Part shown: positions 24,901-42,714 of the stretch, one piece after another | How positions within the stretch are numbered: position 1 is the first letter of the stretch | Layout of the letters: each line of letters starts with the position of its first letter | Assembly (NCBI RefSeq): GCF_022539665.2 | Contig: NC_081333.1 | Coordinates: forward strand, 620,001-684,000 | Source of the DNA: Daphnia carinata | Taxonomy: Eukaryota | Length of the DNA: 64,000 bases | Direction of reading: 5' to 3' | Translations under genes and position numbers: made by a program | Notes under the pieces: model-generated | The model's database searches: none | Told to the model about the DNA's origin: nothing | The model's input: the letters and a program-made list of their open reading frames with translations, nothing else

Positions 24901-27099
24901 CTCTCGCCTTTCTCCATCAAATAGTACTCCACATTGCGCAACCTATCGTCGTTTGAGCGTCATAACTCGCGTCAGTACATCGATAGACGATTCTTACCTC
25001 TATTATGCAATCACGCAATTCCTACGCGACACATGCCGAACGTATGGGGAAGAACGCCCCATACACGTCCACGACTGGGCTTTCGAAAGCATCGATTTCG
25101 TACGATTATGTAGGTATGCAAATGGCGGTATTTCATGATGGCAGAGGATTGAGCTAGACTAACGGGTAGAATCGTTCGAAATCCCTTTTTCTGATTTGGT
25201 TTTGAGATTAAGAGAACAGGAATGGAATAGTCGAGATGGTTTTGGCAACCTCTTATTTTGTTTGATTCTTTTTTTTGTTCAACCAGATGTAGCATTTGCT
25301 TTTTATAGTGAATACATTATGCGTATAGCAAAAATATTCATGTTGCGAATGGGCAACAAAGTTCTCCCTGTCACACCTACCGTATCTAGCAAAACAAAAA
25401 AAAAATAGTTTCTAAACGTAGAAAATAAATGAGCTTTCTTATTTATTTAATTTTATATACAGTACATATACTGTATACGTATATTAAAAAAAAACAAAAA
25501 AGAAACGAATATATTGGATTCCATTATCAAGCTAGTGGACTGCTAGTTAGATAAAAAAAAAAAAAAAAAAAAAAAAAACTGTACCATCAACCTTTCGAGA
25601 TTGACTGAAAACACAATAAGCAGAGGACGAAAGAAAAGACGACGATAATCATCTTTCGTCTGGCTGTTCTTTTGTCCAACGTTTCACCCACATAACCAGT
25701 GGTCGAGCTTGGCGTTCGAGGCGGCGTATCAGAGAGGGAGGGCTGAGGCAGCAAGAACATTTGACCAGTCAGGTCACGTCCGATCGCGCTGCGACAGACA
25801 CACACACACAGGGCACGCATGCACGCACGCCTAGCCTGTAAATACACCCATACACAAGCATTTTTTTTTTTTTTTTTTTTTTTTTAAAGAAAGAGAAAGA
25901 AAAAATAAAATAAATATGTACAAATAAATAGAGGAAAAAGGCAGCAGTCAAAGTGGAAAGGAGAAGAGTCACAGATTTGTTGCTGTAGCCAACGAATCGA
26001 CTTCATTTTTCATCTGCTCGTCGTCGGGCCAGTATTTGACGGCTCTTTGCTCCTCTTCTCTTTCGTTTCGTCTATCCGAAAAGAAACAAAAAAACAAACA
26101 GAAAATGTCAGAAGCATTGGCTTTTTGAAACTATTATACTGTCCGTTGCCTGTGTTGTTCTACCTGTGGGTCCTTGTTGAGGACAGCGACTAATGGCCCA
26201 TCTAACCTATTGTAATGTTAAGAAATCTGTCACGAACTCACAGCACAGAAAGGTCGACGTGATTCGTGTTGCTTAAGCAGCAGAAGGGACCCAACGGCTG
26301 CTCAGCCTTGACCATCCACCACTCGTTTATTCACAGTGATTTAGTTAACGATTCATTCTGAACATAGACCTATCATAGGGAAATGTTTCGATAGGCTCCC
26401 TATAGACCTTCTGATAGCCCACAATCATTGGCCACATTATAACCATAGGGTCTGGCATTATTTTATATTTTTTTTTTTCAAAATTTTTAGCTAAAAAAGA
26501 AATTAGTTTAAAATCTACATAAAAAGAAGGCACATAAACATAGAGTTTAGACTTTTAGTCGTCGTTTATGATCGCAGAGTCTAAACCTAATGAGATTTAA
26601 AAAAAAAAAAAAAATGTGTTCTATAGTATTCATTGGTTTGTTTACGTTCACGTAGCTGCGGACCCGTCTAGCGGTCGCAGGGGAGCCATCGGGCCCAACA
26701 ATCGAGAGGCTACTGTTCCAATCCAAACACAAGATTCGTATCAAATCGGTAGATCGGCTCCCGAAGGACGCAGAAAAATAGAGCGAGATTCGATCCACCA
26801 ATGCTATACAAGTCCCATACGCACGTCAACACACCTAGAAACAATCGTCGTTCTCTCATGTAATGGCCTGGTGACCTTTAAACAAAGGAATCAAAAAAAA
26901 AAAAAAAAAAAAAAAAGAAATAATTAACAATGTGGGATGTGATCACATTTTTCCTTTGCGAGCAATTGAAAATTGCCAATAGAAAGGGGAATAAAATTCG
27001 AGGCGGCTTCGCTGTCAACTGTTTATCTACACAAGCGTTGCGATCTTTTGCCAAAGAAAAAGTAGCAATAAATAACGACTGAAAATCACTGTTGTCTTG

Positions 27100-27131
<32 letters not shown>

Positions 27132-28347
27132 CGTAAAACGTAGATTGTTTGGACATGCTGAATTTAATTCAGCTGACAGCCATTGATGGATGCACAGTGT
27201 TCGTGAGATCGCAAGCATCGCCTTCAATAAGGGAATGATAGGTGTGCTTACGATAACTTGCCGAATCAGGGGATGCTATACGACGAGTCTAGTTTTAGAC
27301 GCAAAACGTGTATACCTTGCCTAGTTGCGCCATTTCGAGCTTACGAATCTTGCCATTCGTTCTCCCCCGATTGTATGTTCACCTATTATTTCAAAACAAT
27401 TTCCAACTTGACTCAATTTTGGCTGGGACAATCGAAGATTCGTTTATAACCTCCATATCCATTCAAGTTATACAAACAAGTTCTTGTCTAAGTTTTGATG
27501 CGCTTATTCGTAAACCTTCAGCACATCCGACACATCTTTAAAAATTGCGCCGTGTTCGCATTTCGAAGCCTCTCTCAGCCGCATTGGTTCGACTTCGATT
27601 CTTCTAGAAGTCAGGGACAGCAACGATGGCTGTCCGATAAAAAAAAAAAAAAAAAAAGCCCACGGGTATTTTCGCGTAGAAATTGATCGGATGAAGTGGC
27701 GTTTCATACCTTTTTACGATCCCCCTATCAATAATTCAATGCGCATGACGCACTCAAATAGTGGACAGTCTTTGGCACGAATGTATTTATTTTTCGCATT
27801 TCGTAAAGGGAATCAAATATGACAGGGCTTTCCATTGGTACGAGAAAAAAAAACAAACAAACAAACATTAGTAATCTAACTCTAACGCGAGCAGTGAACT
27901 TTGACGTGAAATATAAAGGGCAAAAAACCAAAGCAGAAATCATTTATTATCATTATAATTATAATTATTATTTTAAGTTCTGCCGGTTCTAGAAAATTCT
28001 TTTTACAAAGGGCTTGGTGGTCGACATTTTATAACTGGTTTGCTTTTTCATAATAAGCTTACGTCGTTCTGATACGCAATGAAAGAAGTGAAGACAAAAA
28101 TCGCGTATAGTTTTTTGTTTTGTTTTGTTTTTCTAAACACAATGGCGAAACGGCGGCTCCAGCTGACAAGAGATTCGCTCTATGAAACCGACCGGTGTGT
28201 ACAATTGAAGAAATTCAAAACAAAAACGATAGAACAATGAAGGGAAGCATTTTCTATAAGATTTTTGTTTTTTTTTTTGTTTGTTTTTTTTTTTTTAGTT
28301 TTTTTTTTTTCATTTGCATCTTTTTCAAATCCCGTTTCATATAGTTT

Positions 28348-33164
<4,817 letters not shown>

Positions 33165-33339
33165 TCAACAGCAGCGCAAATACACCCAAGAAAGAAAGAG
33201 GGGGGGGGGGGTGGGGTGGGGGGGTGGGAGAAGAGCTGAAGTGAAAGAAAACAAACAATCTGACCGATTCGGATCGTAGCCACAGTGCAACTCTGTCATA
33301 GCCCCCGTGATGGCACTATAAAATTCTCTCCCCTTTCAA

Positions 33340-33353
33340 ACCCCGCTCTTCTT

Positions 33354-33384
<31 letters not shown>

Positions 33385-33549
33385 TTTTTTTTTGTTGTAG
33401 TTCTTCCCTTGTGGATTTTTGCTCTCGGCAGCGATTTTCACTTGTGTGATTTGTTTTGTTTTGTTTCCTCTTATCGTGTCTGCAGCTTTTAAAACCGAAC
33501 AAGTTTTCCCTCCTTTTTTTTTTTTTATATTTTGGTTTGGGTATTTGTT

Positions 33550-33589
<40 letters not shown>

Positions 33590-33763
33590 TGCTCACTCTC
33601 TCTCTTCGTTCGGTTCCTCTCGGCTAGCCGTTTCTTGACTTCTCTTTGGCACTGGTCCAGAAGTTGTGGTGGTCGCCCACTCGGCTTGTTCGGCGGAAGA
33701 TGCCTCCTTTTTTTCGATCGTACCCCCGAAAACGGGAGGAAGTATACATCCAACCCTCTCACC

Positions 33764-33799
<36 letters not shown>

Positions 33800-33891
33800 T
33801 CTAGTCGTAAAAACTCGGCGCGGCACACAGATCGATGCGGAAATCACAACTGGGGTCTCGGCTCCTTTCCGCTGGTTTTTCTTTTCTTCCT

Positions 33892-33925
<34 letters not shown>

Positions 33926-34792
33926 TTATTTTTTTTTTTTTTTCGTCGTTTATGGCCTCGGCTTTTTGCTCGCAACCCAAAAATCACTAAGGTCCGGTTC
34001 GTTGTTGGGTCTCTCTCTCTCTCTCTGTCTCCTTCACTCACTTCACTTTCTTTGGCTGTCAGTCTCTCTCTCTGTCTTTTTGCCGAGCGTGCCGAGGGGG
34101 AGGCCAGCCGCTGCTGCTCTTTCACAAAGATGCAAAAAAGGGAGAAACAAAAGTCCTTAGGCCACGCACTGAAGGCGTGACATTGTTGAACGCCGTGTCA
34201 CTTTCCTCACTGCGAAAAATAATTTGATTGCAACTGTTCACTGATGATGAGCGCGCAGTATCCCGATGAAGAGCGGCGTTTTAAAAAATTTCAAACGTAA
34301 TAAGAATTTTCCTCCAAAAAAAAAAAAAAATAAATAAATAAATAAATAAAAAGAAGAAAATAAAATAAAAACGAATAAAAAAAGAGAGAGGGGGGGGGGT
34401 GGTGGTGGTCTGTGGTGTTTTGCGACGCGTCTTAACAGCCGAGCTGCTGACAGCACACAAGAGCTGGAAACTCGGACGTGTGGAGAGTTGGGTAAAGGAC
34501 GGCCAGAACTGGATGGTTGGCGGTGCCGACCAAGAGGAAAGGGGAGCCCCGATGTGAGAGGAAAAAGAAGGAAGGGGGGGAGGGGATGGAGGAGGAGGGC
34601 GTTGGCGGCGTTTACCAGTGGCAGTTTCGCGGGTGGGGGAGGAGGGATGAAAGAGGGGCGCTAACAGCAGCAGCAGCAGCAGCAGCAGCAAGCAAGCAAG
34701 AAGCGGTGGTAGCGGAGCAGCGAGAAAGTCAACCATACCAACCACAGTGGACGACCCCAGAAATCGCGGTCGTCGAGCGCGGGAAAGAGGAT

Positions 34793-34826
<34 letters not shown>

Positions 34827-35420
34827 AGAGGAGGAGGGGAAAATAGAAGGGAGGAAAGGAGGGAGGGGGGAGAAAGAAGAAGAGGAGGAGGAAGACTCAT
34901 GACGAGCGAGACTGGGAGATTAAAGAAGCTCTCTGGCTCACCCCCCCCCCCTCGTGATGCCAACTGCCGCAGCTGCTGCACACACACGTATAGTCCCTCT
35001 CGGTTCTTTTTCTCCATTACGCTTCTTCGGCAAACCCTGCTAGTTTTCTTTTTTTTTTTTTTTTTCTTTTTTTTTTCCGACGCTTTTGGCCGCGCTCTCA
35101 ACAACGTCTTTACATTCAAGTGATTGGTCGGCGCCGGCCACTGAAAGGGAGGAGCTACCGCAGTCGTGACATCATCATCTCTCATCGACTCTTTCATCGT
35201 GACGTCCAACCGCTTCGCTTTACCCGATGAGTTCTCCCTCTCTTTTTCTTTTCTTTTCTTTTTCATCTTGTTGTTGTTGTTCTTGATGATTTGATTTTTT
35301 TTTTTTTTTGGGGTTGTTTTCGGTTTCCCTTTGTCAACGCGTAAATTTCGTGTGCGTCTCAGTTGAACACGCGAATGGATACAGAGAGAGAGAGAGAGAG
35401 TGGCAAGCTAAACGAAGAAC
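33340..35420. repeat. Microsatellite-dense block upstream of RUNX paralog 1
   Basis: (CTT)n at ~33348-33383, (TG)n at ~33554-33586, (CT)n at ~33895-33922, (CAG)n at ~34665-34690, (GA)n at ~34794-34824 and ~35383-35400, plus long poly-A/T and poly-G/C tracts. Confidence 0.9.
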
Positions 35421-36990
35421 CGCGATCTCTCTCTCCTTTCGCATTGTGTGATGTACAGTTGCGAGTTGCCTTGCCCGCGACATCAACCAAACACAACAAC
35501 AACAAAAGGGGGCACACACGCACACACACAAAAAAAAAAAGGAGAACAATGAACGGTAAGCATTCGAGGGTGGCTATTTATCTCTAGTCTTTCGGGAATT
35601 GAGCAATACAAGTATTTTATTTTTTTTTTTTTTTTTTGGACTACTCGTTAAGGCGGCTAACCCGCCTTCAACATTCTTTTTTTTTTTTTTTTATGTTGTT
35701 GTAGTTGGGGAGGGGGCGTCCCCATAGCTGCTAATCTGACGGTGACGACATGATGTACACACAGGAGTGGCATGGTATAGCCGTCGAGGTGCCTACATCT
35801 AAGTGCCACGCTTCACTTACGCTTTAGATATGGGGTCAGCTGCTACCCAGTGGCTCTTTGACCGTACGTAAATCAGAGCAGCAGCAGCAGCAGCAGCACC
35901 CAGTGGATTAAAGAAAGAAAAGGGAGAAACAAAAAAAAAAAAAAAAAAAAAGGGGGGTAGGGGGGAGCCCATCAGCGAGGCCAATTTAGATGTCGATAAA
36001 TCATGGAAGCCCAGAGAAGAAGTGAGGGAAAAAAAAAACGAAAGGGAGAGATACTAGCTACAATGGAGTATATTTATACACACACACAGACACAGACACA
36101 TACAGAGCACATAGGCCTATGTGTAGTGTGTGCGGATTCTGGGAGAGAATCTGGAAAAAAAAGGGAGCGATTCCAAAGGGCTGGGCCAATAGTGAGAAAC
36201 GATATATAGACAGTATATATATATATATATATATATAGGGAACGTTGGGTTTGTATACATCAAGTCTGTGACGGCAAGGTCTTGACAGCTGGAGTGCCGG
36301 ATGGGGAGGGCCACGGATGGAGGGGGGGGGGGCGCGTTCTTTTTCTAGATTTCTCTATATAACAGAGTACGCCTAACATCCCCCTCTTGATCTCTCTCTC
36401 CCCCCCCGTCCCTTCGTGTTTTCTACTGTTCAGCCCTTATTCGCGCACTCCCACTCCACCAGCCCTCCATCGTCCTTATTTGTTATATATCTATAATTCT
36501 ATATAAACGCATAAAACGAAAAAAAAAGAAAAAAAAGAGGAACGAGAGAGGGGGATGAAGAGGACGCGAATGCGGCGTTACATCGGACCATTGTCCCCCC
36601 CCCCTTTCCTTCTATCCATCCGTGCTTTCCTAGTTTCTGTAGTAGTTGCTTCGCTAAAAAATAAAAAAAAGAAAGAATATAAGCCATACACGGAGCTCTA
36701 TCACGTCATGGGCCTGGGCATATATATATATATATACACCAGAGATGCCACAGTGGCACATCCGAAGCCAACACACATATACAAGCTATTCAGCGTCTAT
36801 AGGCTTTTATAGAGGGAAACACAGTTTCCCAGATCGAGCCCCCTCCCCTTCTTGATCGTCTTTCTCTTCAGCTCTTTTGCCATCTCCTTTTCATCGATAA
36901 ACTTGCCGCATGGTTGAGCGGCTAGAGAGAGAGAGGCTAGACGCAAGCTCAGCATATATAGCAAACCCTCAAATAAGAAAGAAACCAACA

Positions 36991-37030
<40 letters not shown>

Positions 37031-38735
37031 TGCCAGACTAAACTAGGCTCGTTTTTTATATATATATATATATATGCGTGTGTTGAAAGGGCCAAAAAAG
37101 CATAGAGCACACAAAATAAAATGACCCTACCAATTTTCCGAGAGCTATTTGTGTGTGTGCAAGAGGCTAGAAGCGAAACGGCTGCACAGTTCCCTTTTTT
37201 TTTTTTTTTTTCTTCCTTTATATGCCATTGAGGAGACCATTGTCACATGTGGCTTGTATTTGGTATAGCCTCAAAAAAAAAAAAAAAAAAAAAAACTTCT
37301 AGGTTCGCTTTTCAATAGGTAGCACGCACCGGGCCTTTTTTTTTTTTTTCATTCAATGGAAGACGAAGAAGAAGAGGAGGCTATATACTGACCCAACACA
37401 CACTGCACGCTGAGTACGCGCAGAGAGAGAGAGAGAGAGAGAGAGAGTAAAAGATACAAAACAAAAGTATTTCTTCATTCTGTTCGTTGTGTTTTGTACG
37501 TCTCTTTTTTAGGCCTTTGATCCTGACCGAGCGCGGAGTAGTGGTTTACTCGTTATTCCTGTCAAACCCATCACGACGCGGATTCTTACTTCAAAGCCCG
37601 CTCTTTTTGTCAGACTGACCTCTTACTTGTCCTTCTTTTTGCTTTTAGAAAAGAATTTTTTTCTATTTCCTTTTTTTTTTTTTTTTTTTTTTTTTTTGAG
37701 ATCTTATTCTATCAGGTTTCACGGTTGGTTTCCCTCGACTACAAAGCCAGCGAGAGGCTGTGTTCGAAAAGAGACCAAATGGATAATATAAAGACGGCCC
37801 CGAAATTCCATCGTCTGCGCATTTCCATGAACCGTCGCATTCCAGCGGACGTTCCAACGCAACTGCATAAGAAAAGTCAACTCTTCATTTCACTCGATAT
37901 GTTGGCCTTTTTTTTTTTTTGTCTTTTTGGCGGAGCAACACAATTCGCCACTCGTTTGATGTTCTGAAAAGGGCCAAACAGCACCGCCAATCCGGAAAGA
38001 GGTGGTTAAAAATCTTGGCACGTCCTTTGATCATCATCGCGTTGTTGTTAAACGTTTCATTATTCGATTTAAAACAGAAAAAAAAAAGGCAATTGAAAGC
38101 GTTGTCCTATAGACAGCCGCTAGATGACCACAAATAGTTTGCTCAATTTGAATAGCATCACGTGAATTTCGCGCTAGGCCTTTCATTTCCGAAGAAGAAA
38201 CAGAGATTCAAATTTGATTAGGCCTAGATAATAAAACGATGAATAATGTAAAAAGGCAACGTTTTTTGTTTGGTTTTTAAAACGATTTATTCGGTCGATA
38301 TAGAAGAGCCGTAACATTCCTTAACTCATTTTCTATTATCATACGTAATCGTTTGTAGTGTGTGCACGTGCAGCAGAGTTAGGAAGCTTCCTTTTCCACG
38401 GCATTTCCGTTGCTCGCACGCTGGTCATGTCAGGCCACACCGGAACTTGGGAGCACAGCGTTCAATGATAAAGAAAAGACAGGACGGACGGTTCTTATCA
38501 GGGCGAAAAAAAAAAATAAAAATAAAAAAAAATAAATAAATACAACGTCTTTCCTACACAGAAAAAAAAAAAAAAAAAAAAAAAAAAAAGAAGAAGTAGA
38601 AGTTGGAATAAAATCAAACGCTAAAAGAGGGAGGAGTCAGGGAGCCTTAAAAAAAAAAATCGGATGCGGATGCGAAGCAATATTTTTTTTTTTTCGTTAT
38701 GCAGCAGCCTCCGAAAACGAAATCCTTGTCTGATG

Positions 38736-38768
<33 letters not shown>

Positions 38769-40680
38769 GCACGTGCGATAGGTAGGTATAAGACGAGTCA
38801 CTGGTGATAAAGGCATATACATATTCGGAAACCCCTTTTTTTGGGGGGGGGGGGGGGGGGGGGAGCCCTTCTTCTCTCTGCTGGAGACTTGAGCGAGGCT
38901 CCGACACGTACACCTCATCCCAAACCAGCATGTAACGTCTACTACCTGCTGTTTGTTCAAACTACCATGAAGGTGCTTGTGTAAAAAAATAAAATAAAAT
39001 AAAATAAAAGAAGAATTTTTTTTTTTTTTTTTTTTTTTTAGTCTTGTAGACGATCGCGGCTGCTGCGTAACTGCTTTATTTCAGGAGGCAAGGAGGCGGA
39101 GGAGGAGAGGAGCGAAGTTGGAGAAAAACCAAGACATTTACAGAGAAGAGGGGCGGGTCGGTAACTTTGTGTAGCAATCGAGTTATAAGGGTATAAAAAC
39201 AACATTTGAAAAGAACCCCGAAATTCCCAAAATATTTACGCTTATAGCCCTCCCCCTCCTTAAGACACTTAAGGAAAAAAAAAAAAAAAAAAAAAAAAAG
39301 GTTCATGACTGGGCCGAAAGACGATCGAAAAAAATTCTGGGCTGCACTTCGTATGAAGCAAACGAGTCAATGACTTTATAACAAAAGGGGTGTGTAATAG
39401 ATTTTTTTTTTTTTTTTATCGTAAAGGTGAAACCGAGTTTTGTCGTTGGAAAAAGGGCAATTCATGAAATAGGATGGAGCAAGAGGCGATTCAAGATGAT
39501 CTCTGAAACGTTCATAGCCAATGCTGATGTTCTTTTTGAAAGACTAGACTATCTGCGGGGTAGATAATAGAGTTTAACCGTTGGCCAAAGCTCGTCTAGC
39601 GATGCTGACAGTTCATGAATTGATTGCGATTTTTCATTTCAGAACTAGCTCGAGTATTGGCAGCAATCGATGGTCATATCTGCGCTATAAATAAATGCTT
39701 TTTACCTTTCACTTTCTTTATCTTGTCGATGCTCATAAATTCTCTTCTTTTTTTTTCTTTTTTTTTTTTTGTAGGCGTATATATCTTGTGTGTGTGCGTG
39801 TGTGTGTTTCCTCTATGATAAACACGAGTTGTTAAAAAGTTGTTTTGGCCCGTGTCCGATCGCAGGTCTCCCATCTCCTCTCCATTCGGCGTCATAAACG
39901 GCATTTTTTTTTTTCTGGTCTGGCTAGCCATTTATTACCCCGTGCCTTGTCTGCCATTTTAGGGAAGGCTCAAATAAAAACTGAACACCGTTATAAAAAA
40001 CAAAAAAAAAAAAACCCAGCAACCCAAAGAATTTTCTGCTTGCATTTCATCTTTTTTTTTTGTCTTCTATGTTTTTCTTTCTTTTCTTTTTTTTTCGGTT
40101 CGCATGTAACAAATCATCCACGAGTATGAGCTGTTCGTGTAAAGTCAGAAGAGTTTTATTAAGAAGCCTCGTGCCACCTTTAGTTTCATTTGGAATGTTC
40201 TGTTTTTATTTTTTTTATTTGTGTGGGGGTTTTGGGGGAGGCGGGGGGGGGGGTGTCTTCTTCTTTTGCTTCTTCGCGACGACTTATGTAGGCTTTTGAA
40301 CACAATAGGATTTTTTTTTTTTTTTTGCTTTCCAAATAAAGAAAATCGAGTTTTAAACCAGTTTCCCTTTTTTTTTTTTTTTTTAAGGCACGAGGGTTAC
40401 GGTGGCTAGTCTCCGTTGAAAAGTTGATGGTCCGTTTCGAAGAGAGACAGACAGTTAAAAAAAAAAAAAAAAGATAACTATTTTACATCGTATATAGATA
40501 GGCCTAAATTGATACACGCTTTCATTTCATGGCCTCTTTTCATTTCCATGCGTATCATGATGGTTTCAAAGAATAAATGAACACCCGTAGACTGATGTGT
40601 TGGTCAATCCGTGAAGTAGGCGTGGTATTAGTTCTGCTCGTCAAGGGTTCCTAACTCTCCATTGGTTGTATATAAAAATA

Positions 40681-40711
<31 letters not shown>

Positions 40712-42676
40712 CCGCCCGTCTTTGGCTGCAGCTGCACACGGACTCGCATGACACAACAGGATTTCGCCACTCTTCCGTCTGTACATCGTCGTCCATGTAG
40801 ATGTTGTGAATATAACACTCCCAGTTGGTATGTCATCTATTATCACTAGAGAATTGGAAAAGAGCACGCAATCAAGCTCCAGCTATACGTATCAAATGGG
40901 TGTGTCTTTTCGATGGTGATCTATTTTTGCCAAAGACATTTGATCGAATCATAATTGGGATTCGACCTGCAGCTCTTTTACGCACATTTTTTTTTTTCCG
41001 TGCGTGCGTGCGTATGTGTGTGTGTGTGTGTGCAGTAGATGAAAATGCTCTTATATAGAACTCCACCAGTGATGCTTTCAACCAATTTTGGTAGACCCAA
41101 CTTGATTTACTCCCACACGTGCCGCACTTGCCTCTCCGCCGTTATTCGAATTATCCGAGATGAGACAATCTAAAAGGATATACAAAGCTGCGTACAATCC
41201 AGTACCAAAAAACGGCTCTTTCCTAAGAGAGTCTGTTGCCATTAGAAATCAAGAGGGGAAAAAAAGAAAATTATATGTCTATACCTGATGGTCTCTGTAC
41301 CTAGAAGAAGCAAAATGAAATCGACTTTCACTTCTGGCCTCTCATTGGCTCCATGATTTTAGTACGCCGCATATTTTTACATCGTCCAGTAAATCAAGCT
41401 CCTCTGCCAGGCTCGTCAACGCATGCTTTCAGCATTTATTTAACGAAGTAAAAGCTGAATGGACATTATATACAGTCTATTTCTGAACTAAATTAAGACA
41501 CACGACTTTTATGCGACGCATCGGCTCGTAAAAGAGCTTAAGAGCATATTCATCCTCGTTCATTATGAAAGCTTTGTCCCGTATTTTTCGCGAAATCTTA
41601 CATAAAGCCTAGGGAAATTTATTTTGCCGTTGATGGTGGCCGAATGTAATCATTTTGACCGTGCCTCCTCCACTTGGCTATGCGCATTTCGGGTAATAAT
41701 TTCCTTGGACAAGAATATAGCCTACTCGGTTCTATTCCCACTTCCTTTGCTTGTAACCAGAAGTGACCCAAGTAAAAGCAGCGGCATCGCAAAATGCTTC
41801 CGTTGTTTAATCCTTTGAAAAAAGAAAAAAATGTTTATACGCTTCCGTTTCATCTTTTCCCAGTCTTTTTTTTTTTCACCTGTCAAAGACGGGGCTCGCA
41901 CCAGAACGAAATGGCCCGTAACACCGCACCTGTGGCTCGTTCATCTGCGCACTATTCAAATATGCAAATCACCACGAATTGGAAATGGATAATTGGTGAA
42001 AGGGCTGTACCAGATATATGTATATTCCTAAAAATGGAACAGCTGATGGCCTTCCTCAGTAGCTGTACGCGGCTGTGAACTACTGACAATTAAGGTCGTC
42101 GGCATGTACATAAAAGATAAAAGGGGGGTGGGGACTAAATAGTCAAAAGTGGGGCACCGTACGTAGTGGCATTAAGCGCGAATTAGGATGGCAATAGCTC
42201 TATACATGTTGCTCGCGGATTTCAAGCCTTTCATCCCCCCCATTCCGCCCTTTTCATTATCCCATCCGTTTCTTCCGATTCGCCTATCCAATTCGGTTCG
42301 TTTTTGGCACTTACTGTCAATATCGGTTTCAAAAATGAGGCTTTCCGTGAAATGTTGGCTGCATACTTGTGTATATAGACATTGTATCGTCGTTTGCCAA
42401 TAATTATTTTATTTTTTTTTTTTTCAAAGCTGTTCATACCTTAGTATTTTAAAATGCTGAGGGGCGACCATAACTGTCACGGCCATCTGAGAATCCAATA
42501 AAAAAAAAAAAAACAAAGCCCACCAGAAAAATAGCGAAGAGAATTTAAAGAAAATGAATTAGGGGAGAAAGGCTATTATCGGCTCACTGTAAAAGGCCGT
42601 TTGAAAATTGTGCCCTTTCTCGCTTCGCCTCATAAAAGGATGCAGCTGTTTCTACAGTTGACAAACATGAAACAAA

Positions 42677-42714
<38 letters not shown>

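Noticed and set aside
25140..25190. GTTCGAAATCCC and similar T-loop/B-box-like strings (also ~50584)
   Set aside because: No cloverleaf or properly spaced A-box; not tRNA genes.
33296..35266. Long overlapping ORFs (253, 201, 164, 154 aa)
   Set aside because: They are translations of microsatellites and homopolymers (poly-K/F, SLSL, CVCV, ERER) that lack stops for compositional reasons.
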